In this document: positions 1-11,077 of the stretch, piece by piece
How the letters are laid out: every line of letters starts with the position of its first letter
Position numbering within the stretch: position 1 is the first letter of the stretch
IMG/VR virus record: IMGVR_UViG_3300045988_132920
Strand: one strand, 5' to 3'
DNA from: a virus
Length of the DNA stretch: 64,000 nucleotides
The notes under the pieces: model-generated
The model's database searches: none
What the model saw: the letters and a program-made list of their open reading frames with translations, nothing else
Told to the model about the DNA's origin: nothing
Position numbers and translations under genes: made by a program

Positions 1-1396
1 CTATAATTGAAGATATTTCTATATCAGGAAGGTAGTAATATGTTGGGTTTTCAAAATCAAACATATTTGAATTCTGAGTATAGTTGCGTAAAGTTGAGGT
101 CTTTTTATACAAAGCTGAAGGACCCATATAATTGAAATTATCAATTATTAATGAATCTGTTACGTTCTTAAAACCAATATAAAACTGTATTTTAGGCTCG
201 TCTAATATGTAACTTCCAGGCTCACCTTTGTAATCTATTGTAAACGCATACATTTTCTCATTATCAGAAAGCTCTTGTACATCTGATGGTGGTATTGGGT
301 AAGTTACTCTGTAGTGCCCTACAAGTAAACGTTCATCATACCCCCATGTAATTTCTTTTGTTGCTGAATCAAAAGAGCTATTTTGTGCATAAAATTCATT
401 CTCTAAATCATATGAGTATATAGTGAACTGAAAGGCTCTTTGACTTCCATATTGCACAAGTCGGAAGTCAAAATAGTATCTATCATTACTAGGGTCGATT
501 TTACCTATAATTAATCCATTTTTAGCAAGACTATTTAATTTTGCTGTATACACAAATGACATAGGTGTTTCAAGGCTTACGTAGTCAACATTTGTTGATT
601 GAAGTACATTATCTACAGCCATGTATGAATCTGCTTGCCTTAAGTTTTGGACTTTATAAGCCTTTTGTTCAGTAGTTGGATAAAAGAAATAGTCCGTAAT
701 ATCTTTCATACCCATTTTATTAATAGTCTTTTCATAACGTCCAAATTGTAATACGTTTTTAATAGAGTTAATAAATGACTTGTGACGTTCATACGCAAGT
801 TGTTCTTTTCTGTATCCTATATTTCTTGCATCCATCTCAATACAACGTTCAAAGTCTAACTGAAAACGTGTGATTCCTGTTTTAAGGTCATTTACTGTAG
901 ATTCTAATGTGTAATTCATGTTATTTAACTTTACTGAATAATTATCAGGGTGTTCATTATTAAACACCATATTTAATACAAGTCTTATAGTAAGGCTGTA
1001 TGAAATTGATTTACTTTTTATTAAAGTAAAGCCTGAAGCATAAGCAAATAGTTGTGGTACACCTTCATAAATCTCATATAATCCAATTTCGTGCATTACA
1101 GTACCACCTTCAAACTCTAATTCAGCAGAAATCGTAAAAGTATCTTCTGTTTGAATAATATTATCTTTATTAATTTCAAAAGTTTGAGTTGGGTTTAGTA
1201 GAGTATTGATACTTGAATCGTACTTAGTATTTAGCTTATCACCTATTTTAATACAGGTCCAATTAAATGTCTCAAAAGACTCACCTTCAGCTATACGTTG
1301 CAGTATACGTCTGTGCCCAAACTCAGTAATTATGAGCTTTCCAGAGACGTTTGTAGTTGATTTATCTTTTAATGAAAATGTTGCTATACTAGACAT
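1..1396 (-). CDS. Partial CDS running off the window edge (more than 460 codons), structural or tail-associated protein. ATG at 1396-1394 overlaps the stop of the upstream 1170-aa gene.
   Basis: Hand translation of the minus strand from ATG 1396 gives an uninterrupted reading frame to position 1, unlikely by chance in AT-rich DNA. It is contiguous and translationally coupled with the preceding large minus-strand gene. Confidence 0.55.
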   Translation of the reverse strand, partial: MSSIATFSLKDKSTTNVSGKLIITEFGHRRILQRIAEGESFETFNWTCIKIGDKLNTKYDSSINTLLNPTQTFEINKDNIIQTEDTFTISAELEFEGGTVMHEIGLYEIYEGVPQLFAYASGFTLIKSKSISYSLTIRLVLNMVFNNEHPDNYSVKLNNMNYTLESTVNDLKTGITRFQLDFERCIEMDARNIGYRKEQLAYERHKSFINSIKNVLQFGRYEKTINKMGMKDITDYFFYPTTEQKAYKVQNLRQADSYMAVDNVLQSTNVDYVSLETPMSFVYTAKLNSLAKNGLIIGKIDPSNDRYYFDFRLVQYGSQRAFQFTIYSYDLENEFYAQNSSFDSATKEITWGYDERLLVGHYRVTYPIPPSDVQELSDNEKMYAFTIDYKGEPGSYILDEPKIQFYIGFKNVTDSLIIDNFNYMGPSALYKKTSTLRNYTQNSNMFDFENPTYYYLPDIEISSII

Positions 1397-4300
1397 GGGT
1401 CCTTACCTATCATTGCCATTAAGCTATATGAGGTAGCTGTTAGGTAATCACTATTAAGTACATCTTTAATTAAGGCTATCAAGCACATCTTAGAGTCTAC
1501 ACAGTATTCATATCCATTAGCTGTACGGTAATAAGATGTTAATGGAAGTGGTACTTTTATAGAACCATCTTCATTAAGTTCTCCTGATATAAGTTCTCCA
1601 TCACGATAAATAATTGGTTGTGGAGACCTAGTCATACCTGTATAATTACCAATGAATTCTCTATCAACACTTAGTTTTTGACCATTTACAGACACTATTA
1701 ATCCTGCCCCGTCAGCACCTTCTCCATCGTATGTTATTGATAACACATAGAATTCTCCAGCTTTAGGGATTGTTCCTATTCCTGTTGAAAAAACTATATA
1801 ATTATGCTTATCTGTGTAGAAAATGACTTTAAGCTGACGTTCGGATGTAACATACATACGGAACATTGGTCTATCAGTGTAATCATTATCTTTTGCAAAT
1901 AGAGTGCAATCATGCTTGTTAGTGTTCTGAGAACACACAAAGAAAATTGTGAACGGGCAATCTTCTGTTCTATATTCAACTTTAGGGTCTTCTGGAGTAG
2001 GTGGTTTAGGGTCTTCTTCCTCTTTTCCACCACCATACTCTTTTGGAATTTCGTTGTATCCATCAATATCTACGCAGTCTTGATATATTCCAGAACAATC
2101 TACACCTTTAAAATCTTCCCATAGATGTGGCACGGGTCCTGTTAAAGCTATACAACCTGAAAAACAATCTTTAAAAGTTTTTGGTTCTTCAATATAGCTA
2201 AAGAATTCTGGAGGAATAGACTCTAATTGAGAGCAGTTTTTAAAGCAGCCTTCAAAATCTGTAAATTGAGGGTTAAACTCAAAGAAGTTTTGAGGAAGTG
2301 TACTAAATTGACCTCCAGCTAAGAATTTACAAGAACGAGCTTCTATATTTGCCTCATACGCATGAGGTAATGGGTCAGTTATTTCAGTAATAACAGCATT
2401 ACGAATATGGTGAATCATTGGGATGTCACCTGTATCAGTTTGAATTTTAATTGTGTACTGACCAACTGAGCTGTATGTGTGGTATAAGTTACCTTGAGTG
2501 TATGTTCCAGTAATTCCTATGATGTCATCCTCTGGAATATTAATTTCTCCAATCTGAGGAGCTTCACCCCAGTCAAGTCCAATGCTGTTAATAAACTTAC
2601 CATACCTATTAAATTCAATTACTACAGGTTCTGTAGTTGACTGAACATCAATTTTAAATGAGAATGTTTTTTGATTATGGTTACTTGTATCTTTTTCAGC
2701 ACCCCAAGTTGTAGGAATGCTACTATAGTTAGATAGCTTTTTACAATTAAAGAAACACCCTACCCCAGATGCACCTTCAATATTCCATAACTCAGGGGCT
2801 TCACCTTCTAAGTTTTCACACGCTGCAAAACACCATCCAAATCCTGTAGCATTTTTATTGTTCTTAAATAAGTTTTCAGGAATTGAAGTTAGTCCTGGAT
2901 TGTACTTGAAACATCCTGTAAAATATTGTGCAGCAATGTTATTACTAAATAGATTTTCAGGAATACTGGTCAAACCAATATAAGACACAGTATCTCCGTC
3001 TATAACCTCAGCAGAGCAGCCTTTGAAGCAGTTTGAAAAGTGTGTTACTTTAGTACATTTTTCAAATAAATCTTCTGGGATTGACTCAAGTGATACACAC
3101 TCGGCAAAACAGTTGTTGAAGTAACGTGCTTCTGTACTGTACATGAACAATGTGTTTGGAATTGAGTTAATATTTTTACAGTTTGCAAAAGTATACAAGA
3201 AAGATGTTACATTTGGAGTTGCAGCAAACCAAGAGATTGACCCTTCATTTAAGTCCAGGCTAGAGCAATTTCTAAATGTATAGTCCATGCTTGTAAGTTG
3301 TCTATTGTACATAAATACTTCAGGGACAACATATTTAAGCTCTGTAGCACTATCAAATATACCAACATATTCACGACCAGCTGTTTCTGATAAGTTACTC
3401 ATCAGTTTGTTAGCTTGAATAGAAGTACTTGTAGCAGGTTCTAGTCCATTATACAACTTTAAGAACGGAGTATCAATACTTATAACACCCGTACTACCCA
3501 TGTTATATAGCATAGGCATATATCCTGTAGCAGAAGTTATTGTAATTGTATAATTTGCACCACCTTCTGGCACAACATAACTGTGAGTTGCATTACCCTT
3601 TGTATGAATGTCCGCTGGAATAGGTTTACCAGTGTTAAGGTCTGTATCATTCCAATCAATCATTATTGGGTTAATAAACGGAGTATTAATACCAAAGTAA
3701 AGGGTTACTTCTCCACCGCCATCACCATCTAAGTGAATTGTAAATTTGAATTCTGAATCAGCTGATGCAGAGTAAGTTGATTTTACAAGTTCTTCAGGTG
3801 TTAGGCTTCTTGATAGACTTCTTCTAGCCAGTTTCCTAGGGGCGATAGTTACTACTTCTGGTTCATTATCTTCTAAAGTTATTTCAACTTGGCGTGTTAA
3901 TTGAAGGTCAATAGAGCCATCAAGCTCATACCTATCTGTCCCTTTAAAGTTCATCCAAGATGCAAGTCCTTCATATCCGTGTTCATACTTTGTTGATAAC
4001 TCATTTGTTGCTAAGTTTTTACCATTAATACCTATATCAGGTATAGATATTTTACGGGACTTATCATTCGTTTGTTGAAACACCCAGAAACCTTCTACGT
4101 TTTTCAAAGATGTAGCATTTAAAAGGTTTGCATAAGTAGATGTAGCTGCAAAAGAGGCATATTTCTTTTTGTCAGCTTCAATCATAGCATAAACTTGCTC
4201 ACCTCTGTTAAGCCCTAATATCTGAGCGTTATTAGAGATTTGTTGAGCTAAGTTAGACTCTACAAATAAGATATTTTTTTGAATATTGTCTATATCGTCT

Positions 4301-4896
4301 GTTGTAGCAAAGTTATTAACTGGGTCTAATAAGATTCTGTCGTAATTTTTAGCTAAATCGACTGACTTTAATTTAGCATTAAACTGAATTGACATGTAAT
4401 GGTGTGTATCTTCACCAGGTTTACCGATACCTTGGAAGGTACATATAGCAAATAAATGGTCTTCTCCGTTGATTGTTTCATATACACCAAGTTCGTGTAT
4501 GTCTATGTTAGAGAGACTTTCAGGTATTGTGGTAGACAATGTTACCATACTTTTTTCAACATCAACATACTTTGAGTTAATGTATACAGTTCCATTAGGA
4601 ATAGCCTTTCCTAGTTTTGTGTCATCATTAGTTTCAAAGTAGTTTCTGAATTTTGAAGTTGAGTATCCTGTCCCTAATATATTATCAACATCTTTATACC
4701 AGTTATATGAACCAATACGAGCTTTATATAAGTATAAAAAATCTTCTGGTGATAGAGACTTAACACGGTTTTTACCATATTTTGTGAATACCCAATACAC
4801 CTTATCGGTAGTATTGTGTAATTCGTTGTCAGCCATTATATATTTCCCCTCATAGTTAAGTTTTAATGTAGTCAATGGATAATTTAAGAGTCTCAA
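1384..4896 (-). CDS. Large tail fibre / receptor-binding protein carrying BspA-type leucine-rich repeats.
   Basis: 1170-aa ORF. Its central region holds repeated F-x-x-C-x-x-L-x-S-IPExLF units of about 23 aa (e.g. LTSIPENLFSNN, LESIPEDLFEKC), typical of the BspA-like LRR family. The N-terminal half is Gly/Thr-rich and beta-type in composition. Confidence 0.8.
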   Translation of the reverse strand: MRLLNYPLTTLKLNYEGKYIMADNELHNTTDKVYWVFTKYGKNRVKSLSPEDFLYLYKARIGSYNWYKDVDNILGTGYSTSKFRNYFETNDDTKLGKAIPNGTVYINSKYVDVEKSMVTLSTTIPESLSNIDIHELGVYETINGEDHLFAICTFQGIGKPGEDTHHYMSIQFNAKLKSVDLAKNYDRILLDPVNNFATTDDIDNIQKNILFVESNLAQQISNNAQILGLNRGEQVYAMIEADKKKYASFAATSTYANLLNATSLKNVEGFWVFQQTNDKSRKISIPDIGINGKNLATNELSTKYEHGYEGLASWMNFKGTDRYELDGSIDLQLTRQVEITLEDNEPEVVTIAPRKLARRSLSRSLTPEELVKSTYSASADSEFKFTIHLDGDGGGEVTLYFGINTPFINPIMIDWNDTDLNTGKPIPADIHTKGNATHSYVVPEGGANYTITITSATGYMPMLYNMGSTGVISIDTPFLKLYNGLEPATSTSIQANKLMSNLSETAGREYVGIFDSATELKYVVPEVFMYNRQLTSMDYTFRNCSSLDLNEGSISWFAATPNVTSFLYTFANCKNINSIPNTLFMYSTEARYFNNCFAECVSLESIPEDLFEKCTKVTHFSNCFKGCSAEVIDGDTVSYIGLTSIPENLFSNNIAAQYFTGCFKYNPGLTSIPENLFKNNKNATGFGWCFAACENLEGEAPELWNIEGASGVGCFFNCKKLSNYSSIPTTWGAEKDTSNHNQKTFSFKIDVQSTTEPVVIEFNRYGKFINSIGLDWGEAPQIGEINIPEDDIIGITGTYTQGNLYHTYSSVGQYTIKIQTDTGDIPMIHHIRNAVITEITDPLPHAYEANIEARSCKFLAGGQFSTLPQNFFEFNPQFTDFEGCFKNCSQLESIPPEFFSYIEEPKTFKDCFSGCIALTGPVPHLWEDFKGVDCSGIYQDCVDIDGYNEIPKEYGGGKEEEDPKPPTPEDPKVEYRTEDCPFTIFFVCSQNTNKHDCTLFAKDNDYTDRPMFRMYVTSERQLKVIFYTDKHNYIVFSTGIGTIPKAGEFYVLSITYDGEGADGAGLIVSVNGQKLSVDREFIGNYTGMTRSPQPIIYRDGELISGELNEDGSIKVPLPLTSYYRTANGYEYCVDSKMCLIALIKDVLNSDYLTATSYSLMAMIGKDPCLV

Positions 4897-4929
4897 TATA
4901 AATTTTGTAACGACAGCTATGAGGTTAAA

Positions 4930-5541
4930 ATGACTGCTACAGATAAAACACTGGCTAAAGACATGGTTAGACTAAAGAAAGCTAGTTCCTATAAGGAATT
5001 CAAGCCTGGCTTTTTCCGTAACGTGCCTGAGCTCGGTGGTCATATATACAGATTCAAATGTGCTGAATACTCAAAAATTTTTCTGATTGTGAATACTACA
5101 GGAGGATACACAAAAGAGTATTTTAATAAAGAGGAGTACCACTTCATCATAAGGCAGGCTAGTTCACTGAAGGAGTGGTTGACTAAATTTTTTCAAGAAG
5201 CTAGTGATATTATGGACATGGTGAACAACATCATGGATAAGGACCAACAAAATGCTGATATACGTGCTGCTGGGGTTCCTCACGGGTACAAAGTAGACCC
5301 TTCAGGGGAAGTAGTTATAGACCCTAAAGAAGCCTTATTAGTAAAACGTATTTACAAACTATATACAAACTACGGTTCAATCCGTAAAATTGCAGCTGAG
5401 TTAAAGACAAACTATTCACACGTTCGTGATGTATTGCACGACTATAGATATGAACGTATGGAAAAACCTATCATTCCAAGTTCTAACTTGAAAAAAGTAA
5501 GACAAATGATGGATACAAACAGAAAGAACAGGACAACCTAA
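4930..5541 (+). CDS. Hypothetical protein, 203 aa.
   Basis: ORF divergent from the structural genes, with a basic C-terminus. No motif recognised. Confidence 0.55.
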   Translation: MTATDKTLAKDMVRLKKASSYKEFKPGFFRNVPELGGHIYRFKCAEYSKIFLIVNTTGGYTKEYFNKEEYHFIIRQASSLKEWLTKFFQEASDIMDMVNNIMDKDQQNADIRAAGVPHGYKVDPSGEVVIDPKEALLVKRIYKLYTNYGSIRKIAAELKTNYSHVRDVLHDYRYERMEKPIIPSSNLKKVRQMMDTNRKNRTT

Positions 5542-5552
5542 GGGTAAATTCA

Positions 5553-8500
5553 ATGGCAAATATAGAACTTTCAGACGTAATGAATTCAATATCAAGAATT
5601 CAGCTAAACTACACAAATTTAGCGAAGTCTTGGTTTGACATTTTTTATAATCCACATCCTATGGATGTACAACTAGAGTTTTACGACACTGATGGTAAAT
5701 TAGCAACTTATATAATACCTAACAGAGCTAAAGATAAAAATTTCTTTACTAATGGTGCTGGTGAGCCTAGTGATAACTCAGAAAATGGTACTGTTTATGT
5801 AAATACTGAAGATGGTACTATCTGGGTTAAGTTCATTGAAGGGTGGTCACAGATAATAACTGAAGCCCAATTAAAGAGCTTTTTAATGGAAGGAGAAGGG
5901 AATCCAGACGATTCAATTTCTGCTCCTAACGGAACCTTATATGTCAACAGAAAAGATAGCTCTTTATGGATGAAACGTGCTAATGGTTGGGCTCAAATTG
6001 ACTCCTACCCTACTACTATTATAAAAGAATCTTTTGATGTTCCAGATGGAACAACTGAGATTAAACTGCAAAAGGGCACATGTAGACATATTGACCTTAT
6101 GCAAATATTTGAAAATGGTGTCCTTGTTCCACCTGCTAATTATAAAATTAAGGCTGATAATAAAACGGTAACATTCTATGATGCACCATTCCAAACTCCT
6201 AAGATATTAAACTCAAATGACCAATACGTTGAAACTGAGTCAACAGTTCATATAGAAATCCAGTATTACATGGATGTTCATTTTGAAGCTGGTTTAATTA
6301 ATGATGAATTTCAGCAGTTCCAACAACAATATGCAGAGGCTGTTCAAACTGTTAATTATGGTATTAACTATATCGACAGTTTATTAGCTAACTTAATGGA
6401 AAACTTTAGTACAGAAGCTCTTGAACGTGAAGCTGCTGCATTAATGGAACAATTAAATACTGAATTTTTGTCTGACAGAGAAGAACTTGAAACAATCTGG
6501 AAGAAGACAGAAAAATTTGTTAATGACAACTTAAATACGTTTTCAACAAACGTTAGTCTAGTTACATCATTGTACAATGAAACGGTTAATTTAGCTTCTG
6601 AGGCTAAGCTAAGTGCAACTAGTGCTGCTAGAGATGCTGCAAATGCACGTGTGTACATGGAAACTGTACAAAACGATGCTAATAGTCTTACTAAGAATAC
6701 AGATTTTGTAAAACTAGAACGTGCTTTATTTGGTCAAACAGCTATTTTGTCAGATGTTATTAATAATGCTGACCCACGTGGTTATTTGGAAAGCATGCAA
6801 GCTGACTTTTTAAGCTCATTAAACATAGTAAACCAACGTTTATCAGCAGATATTCTTGAAAAAGAAGATGCCCTAAAGACATTAATTACAGCTACAGAAA
6901 GTGAGCTAACCACAAAATTTGGTTGGTTATCAGATATTGTTGACGAAAATACACAATATTTTAAAAACTGGACTGATAGTCATGTTGACCTAGCTAACTT
7001 TAGTAACGAAGTACTAAGATATTATAACTATAATAACTTCCCTATAGATAATAATGCAATTTATCATTACTTCTATGATATGTCAAATGATAATGATTTA
7101 ACATTCCCTACACAAGCTGAGCTTCAATCAGGTCAGCCCCAAGAAATTGTAGTAAATGTTACTAAAGATTGTAGCTATTACACATATGATTTAGGTAAAT
7201 TCATGGAAGGTCCTAAGGATAGTGATACAGTTGATGAATACTACAATAAAGACTGGAATTTCACATTTGACATTATACCTGACCAAGCAATTAATTTATC
7301 TCGTTATGAAGTTGAGGGCGATATTTACGAGGGATTAACTTCTGGTATTGTCTCTGTTATAAGAGTTGCATTTATTAATGACACACCATACACTCCTAAA
7401 GTTACTTGGAGTAACAGAATTAAGTGGATTAACAAGATTGGTGGATTTGAAACAGCTCCTGAATTTGAAAAATACAAAGACTATATAATAGAGTTTATCT
7501 CATTTGATAACATGACAACTTGGTACGCATATGCTTTAGGACTTCCTCAAGTACCTGTAGAAATTGACACATTCCCAATCATGTTTAATATGGTGTGTGA
7601 TATTACTGATACAAACTTATTTGAAGGTGGAATAAATCAAATTTCAGCAAATGTTGGTCAGTATGCTATTGGTAAAGCTGCTACACTGACATTTAACATT
7701 GATGAGGAAGAAATTGAACTTGACGAACCACAGTACTTTAAAATTGTTCCAGGTGTATGTGGTGGGTTACCTCATGTAAATATATCAATGGAAATTGACC
7801 GTAAATATAGAGGACTTCCTTTAGAAAATGTTAGATTTAGAATTCCACAAACTGAAAAGAACTACACTTACTTTGTTAATAGTGACCTTGATAAACAGGG
7901 GCACGAAGTTTGGATTACACCAGAAGGTGGCGGAGACCCAGTCCCTGGAGAAGACCCAGATGTAATAAAAGGCATGAAGTATGTTCTAAATGATAACATT
8001 GAGTACAAGCCAGACGGAAGTAATGCTCCGATTGTATATGTAAATGACAGAAAGAAAGTGGAACGCCATTATCATGTATATGTTAATGTACCTGCAATAG
8101 ACACAGTTGTATCACATGCTGTAGGTAATTACAAACTTAAAGCATACTCAACTGGTACAAATGAAAGCATAGGTGCTGCAATCAAAAGAGTATGTAAAGC
8201 TGTTTCTGAAGCATCCTCAGCTTCTCAAGCTAATGCAGATTCGTTTGAAATTCAATCATCAGATGGTGAGGTTAAATATACAACTCTAACAGACTGGGTT
8301 AATAAACTTAATATTGATAAGACTCCAGATACTTTGAAACTTCATTCTGATATAGATGCCTATGATAGCTATGCGGATTTAGAAGTTGCTTTATCTGAAA
8401 TAAATGATGTTGACCAAGATTTACCTTATGTTGTACCATACAGAAGAAAAGGGGTAAATATTGAGACAGCTAAACTTATTGTAGGTTGGGATGATTATAC

Positions 8501-9356
8501 AACCGAAGAAGAAGTTGAGGATTCAGCTGATGGTGATACTTATACTGTTTATCACCACGACCCTATTTACAAAGATATACGTGTGTCAGACTTTTACCCT
8601 ATTAAATACAGAACTGAAGAAGGTGAGATAGTCACTTATAATCAGCCAATTAGATATAAAGCTCTGCATTTTGAAATTGAGTGGAGTGCATACCAAACAG
8701 CTGCTTCTTTAGGTGCAAAGGGTAATACTCAAGTTAGATACCCGTTAAAATTAAAGGCGTATCCAGTATTCTACTATTTGAACTTAGATGAAGCAAACAA
8801 TGGTGGCAACTTAATGGAAGTTCCTCCTGTTTCTGAAATAATTTCTCAACAACCAGTATTTGTATTTGACTTTAAAACAGAAACTGCTGTAATTGATAAC
8901 TTGAATGCAAGTTTGACTTTTGTTGAAACAGTTTACATAAAAGAATCTGACCAAGAAATTTCAAGCTCATCTGTAGAGTTATATACTGGAAAAACTTATA
9001 AATATACACATGACTACACTATGTCTAACAAGATATTTAATGAACTTATTGTAGACATTAATACCTTGGATAGTGAGCACGCTGACCATATTCCAGACCC
9101 TAATACTCAAGCTACATATATTGAGCAACTTAGCGTTGTTAGTATTGAAGATACAAACCCATCAGGTTTATTCTTTAAGTTAAATGAAGCTAATGTTGAG
9201 GGTGAAACAGATGAAGGTGAACAGCTTTATGTTGATTGGAACAAATATGACCTTGATGAATCAACTTATACAATTAAAGTTGCTCCTCAAACAGCTTCAA
9301 GTGATGACCCCGTGCTAATTGGTGCAGGTGAGTATACTGAGGTAATTGTAGGTTAA
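5553..9356 (+). CDS. Large tail fibre-like structural protein, 1267 aa.
   Basis: The N-terminus has duplicated tail-fibre-type motifs (NGTVYVNTEDGTIWVK...GWSQI and NGTLYVNRKDSSLWMK...GWAQI). The long ORF is tightly packed with its neighbours. Confidence 0.75.
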   Translation: MANIELSDVMNSISRIQLNYTNLAKSWFDIFYNPHPMDVQLEFYDTDGKLATYIIPNRAKDKNFFTNGAGEPSDNSENGTVYVNTEDGTIWVKFIEGWSQIITEAQLKSFLMEGEGNPDDSISAPNGTLYVNRKDSSLWMKRANGWAQIDSYPTTIIKESFDVPDGTTEIKLQKGTCRHIDLMQIFENGVLVPPANYKIKADNKTVTFYDAPFQTPKILNSNDQYVETESTVHIEIQYYMDVHFEAGLINDEFQQFQQQYAEAVQTVNYGINYIDSLLANLMENFSTEALEREAAALMEQLNTEFLSDREELETIWKKTEKFVNDNLNTFSTNVSLVTSLYNETVNLASEAKLSATSAARDAANARVYMETVQNDANSLTKNTDFVKLERALFGQTAILSDVINNADPRGYLESMQADFLSSLNIVNQRLSADILEKEDALKTLITATESELTTKFGWLSDIVDENTQYFKNWTDSHVDLANFSNEVLRYYNYNNFPIDNNAIYHYFYDMSNDNDLTFPTQAELQSGQPQEIVVNVTKDCSYYTYDLGKFMEGPKDSDTVDEYYNKDWNFTFDIIPDQAINLSRYEVEGDIYEGLTSGIVSVIRVAFINDTPYTPKVTWSNRIKWINKIGGFETAPEFEKYKDYIIEFISFDNMTTWYAYALGLPQVPVEIDTFPIMFNMVCDITDTNLFEGGINQISANVGQYAIGKAATLTFNIDEEEIELDEPQYFKIVPGVCGGLPHVNISMEIDRKYRGLPLENVRFRIPQTEKNYTYFVNSDLDKQGHEVWITPEGGGDPVPGEDPDVIKGMKYVLNDNIEYKPDGSNAPIVYVNDRKKVERHYHVYVNVPAIDTVVSHAVGNYKLKAYSTGTNESIGAAIKRVCKAVSEASSASQANADSFEIQSSDGEVKYTTLTDWVNKLNIDKTPDTLKLHSDIDAYDSYADLEVALSEINDVDQDLPYVVPYRRKGVNIETAKLIVGWDDYTTEEEVEDSADGDTYTVYHHDPIYKDIRVSDFYPIKYRTEEGEIVTYNQPIRYKALHFEIEWSAYQTAASLGAKGNTQVRYPLKLKAYPVFYYLNLDEANNGGNLMEVPPVSEIISQQPVFVFDFKTETAVIDNLNASLTFVETVYIKESDQEISSSSVELYTGKTYKYTHDYTMSNKIFNELIVDINTLDSEHADHIPDPNTQATYIEQLSVVSIEDTNPSGLFFKLNEANVEGETDEGEQLYVDWNKYDLDESTYTIKVAPQTASSDDPVLIGAGEYTEVIVG

Positions 9357-9371
9357 ACTAGGAGAATTATT

Positions 9372-9692
9372 ATGGAATTTATGAAAAAAGCTATGAAGAT
9401 AGTTAAAGATTGGATAATTTCTTTAGCTAAGGCTTGTTGGACTGAATATCTTAAGGATAAAGTTCATGCTCAAGTAGAAGAACTCATACGACAAGGCGTT
9501 AACATGGCAAATATCTTTTATAAATCAAAAGATTATGAGTTCAAGCGAAACTATGTAATTAAGTTTGTAACTGATAAAATTAAGTTACCTATAGCTTTAA
9601 AACCTTTTAAATGGGTTATAACTAAAGTTATGAGAGAGTCTATAGATAATGAAATTGAAAAATTACTCGATAAGCTAAATAAAACACACTAA
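9372..9692 (+). CDS. Hypothetical protein, 106 aa, possible fibre chaperone or assembly factor.
   Basis: ORF with an RBS (aggagaattattATG) directly after the fibre gene and followed by a terminator. Confidence 0.55.
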   Translation: MEFMKKAMKIVKDWIISLAKACWTEYLKDKVHAQVEELIRQGVNMANIFYKSKDYEFKRNYVIKFVTDKIKLPIALKPFKWVITKVMRESIDNEIEKLLDKLNKTH

Positions 9693-9721
9693 AACCGAAT
9701 AGTGTTGATTGAGACTAATGC

Positions 9722-9752
9722 TCGGCTGGACCAAGTCCAGCCTTTCTTTTGT
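9722..9752 (+). terminator. Rho-independent terminator.
   Basis: Hairpin ggctggaccaagtccagcc followed by tttctttt. Confidence 0.65.
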
Positions 9753-9793
9753 TATTAAATTCTATGCTGACTAAATAGTTGTAGGAAAAATAG

Positions 9794-10174
9794 ATGCACT
9801 TAGTGAACAGGAAGATATTAAAGGGTCGAGGAGACTTGTTTTCAATACGACACGATATTGAAAAACGTAGTATGATGGGTATAATTCAGCGTACACCTAT
9901 TGACATATCTAATTGTACTTTTACTATGTACGTTCATAGACATGTTGAGTACGAATGTAAAGATTTACTGTTCAGTGTAGAAGGTATTGTTGCTAATGGT
10001 GAGGCTGGTTTAGTATATTTCCATGTCCCTGCTGAAGAAACTGATATTCAACCTGCTACTTATTGGTATACTGTTGAAATGACAAAACCTAATGGTAAAG
10101 TTGTTAGAACAGAAGCTGCTAAGTACATCATAGCTAATAGTATGAATCCATATTATAACATATATAACAAATAG
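9794..10174 (+). CDS. Hypothetical protein, 126 aa.
   Basis: ORF with RBS (gtaggaaaaatagATG). Confidence 0.5.
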   Translation: MHLVNRKILKGRGDLFSIRHDIEKRSMMGIIQRTPIDISNCTFTMYVHRHVEYECKDLLFSVEGIVANGEAGLVYFHVPAEETDIQPATYWYTVEMTKPNGKVVRTEAAKYIIANSMNPYYNIYNK

Positions 10175-10183
10175 GGGACAGAC

Positions 10184-11077
10184 ATGGGATATAATAATGT
10201 ACATTTATCAGTTGATGATATGTTCGTATATTGGAGTGATATTCTTGGGGAACCTAAAGATTCTAAGAAGCTAAGAGACTATGTAAATGGTTTAATGGCT
10301 GATATGAAGAAATCTCTTGAAGATGAGTTATTTAATGGTTTAGATGAAGCTAATAATGCAAATATTGAACATATTAAAGACTTGCTTTCAGGTTCTCAGG
10401 ATTTAATAGACCCGTTTGCAATTAAATACCATCATACAACTGTAGGAGATGCTTTAGATGAATTAATGCACGAAGAATTTGATGCAGTTGTGCCAGAGGA
10501 TTATATTACAGACAAAGGTCGTAGATTACTCAACTATACTGTTGGCTGGACTTTTAATAAAGAACCAAAAAGTCTTATTGTTGAACAGTATGAATTAGGT
10601 GATAAACTTATAGACTCAACTAAGTTAGAACCTGATGCAGAGAGCATAACATTCCCTGAAATTAACAAAGATACAACAGTTAAAATAATTGCTGAAGATA
10701 ATGATGGTTGTGTAATTACAAAGTTACACAAAATAATCTTTAAAGACCGCTACTACACAGGTGTTCATGGTTCAACTAAAATAACAAATTCTAAGCTAAT
10801 TCATTTACACAGTGGATTTATAGATAAGGATTTGACTTATTGGTACAAAGACCATGATTGTTCTCATGGAACATATATTTATTTTGCAGTTCCTAATAAC
10901 ATTCATCGCAAGTATGAGTTTTTAGTTAATGGTCTTAAAGATAATGATTGGGAATTAGAAGTAAGAGACATTGAAAATGCGTACAATCATTTTGAGTCTT
11001 ATAGAATCTATCGTAAGGCTAATAAGATGCACGCAGAAGATATTATAGTGGAGGTACACGGACATGACTATGAATAA
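10184..11077 (+). CDS. Hypothetical structural protein, 297 aa.
   Basis: ORF with RBS (ggggacagacATG). Its end overlaps the next gene's start. Confidence 0.65.
   Translation: MGYNNVHLSVDDMFVYWSDILGEPKDSKKLRDYVNGLMADMKKSLEDELFNGLDEANNANIEHIKDLLSGSQDLIDPFAIKYHHTTVGDALDELMHEEFDAVVPEDYITDKGRRLLNYTVGWTFNKEPKSLIVEQYELGDKLIDSTKLEPDAESITFPEINKDTTVKIIAEDNDGCVITKLHKIIFKDRYYTGVHGSTKITNSKLIHLHSGFIDKDLTYWYKDHDCSHGTYIYFAVPNNIHRKYEFLVNGLKDNDWELEVRDIENAYNHFESYRIYRKANKMHAEDIIVEVHGHDYE

Noticed and set aside
1794-2124. Small ORFs on both strands (1794..2066 minus, 1912..2124 plus) inside the 1170-aa fibre gene.
   Set aside because: They lie entirely within a long, well-supported ORF in another frame. They have low-complexity translations and no RBS, so they are treated as frame shadows.
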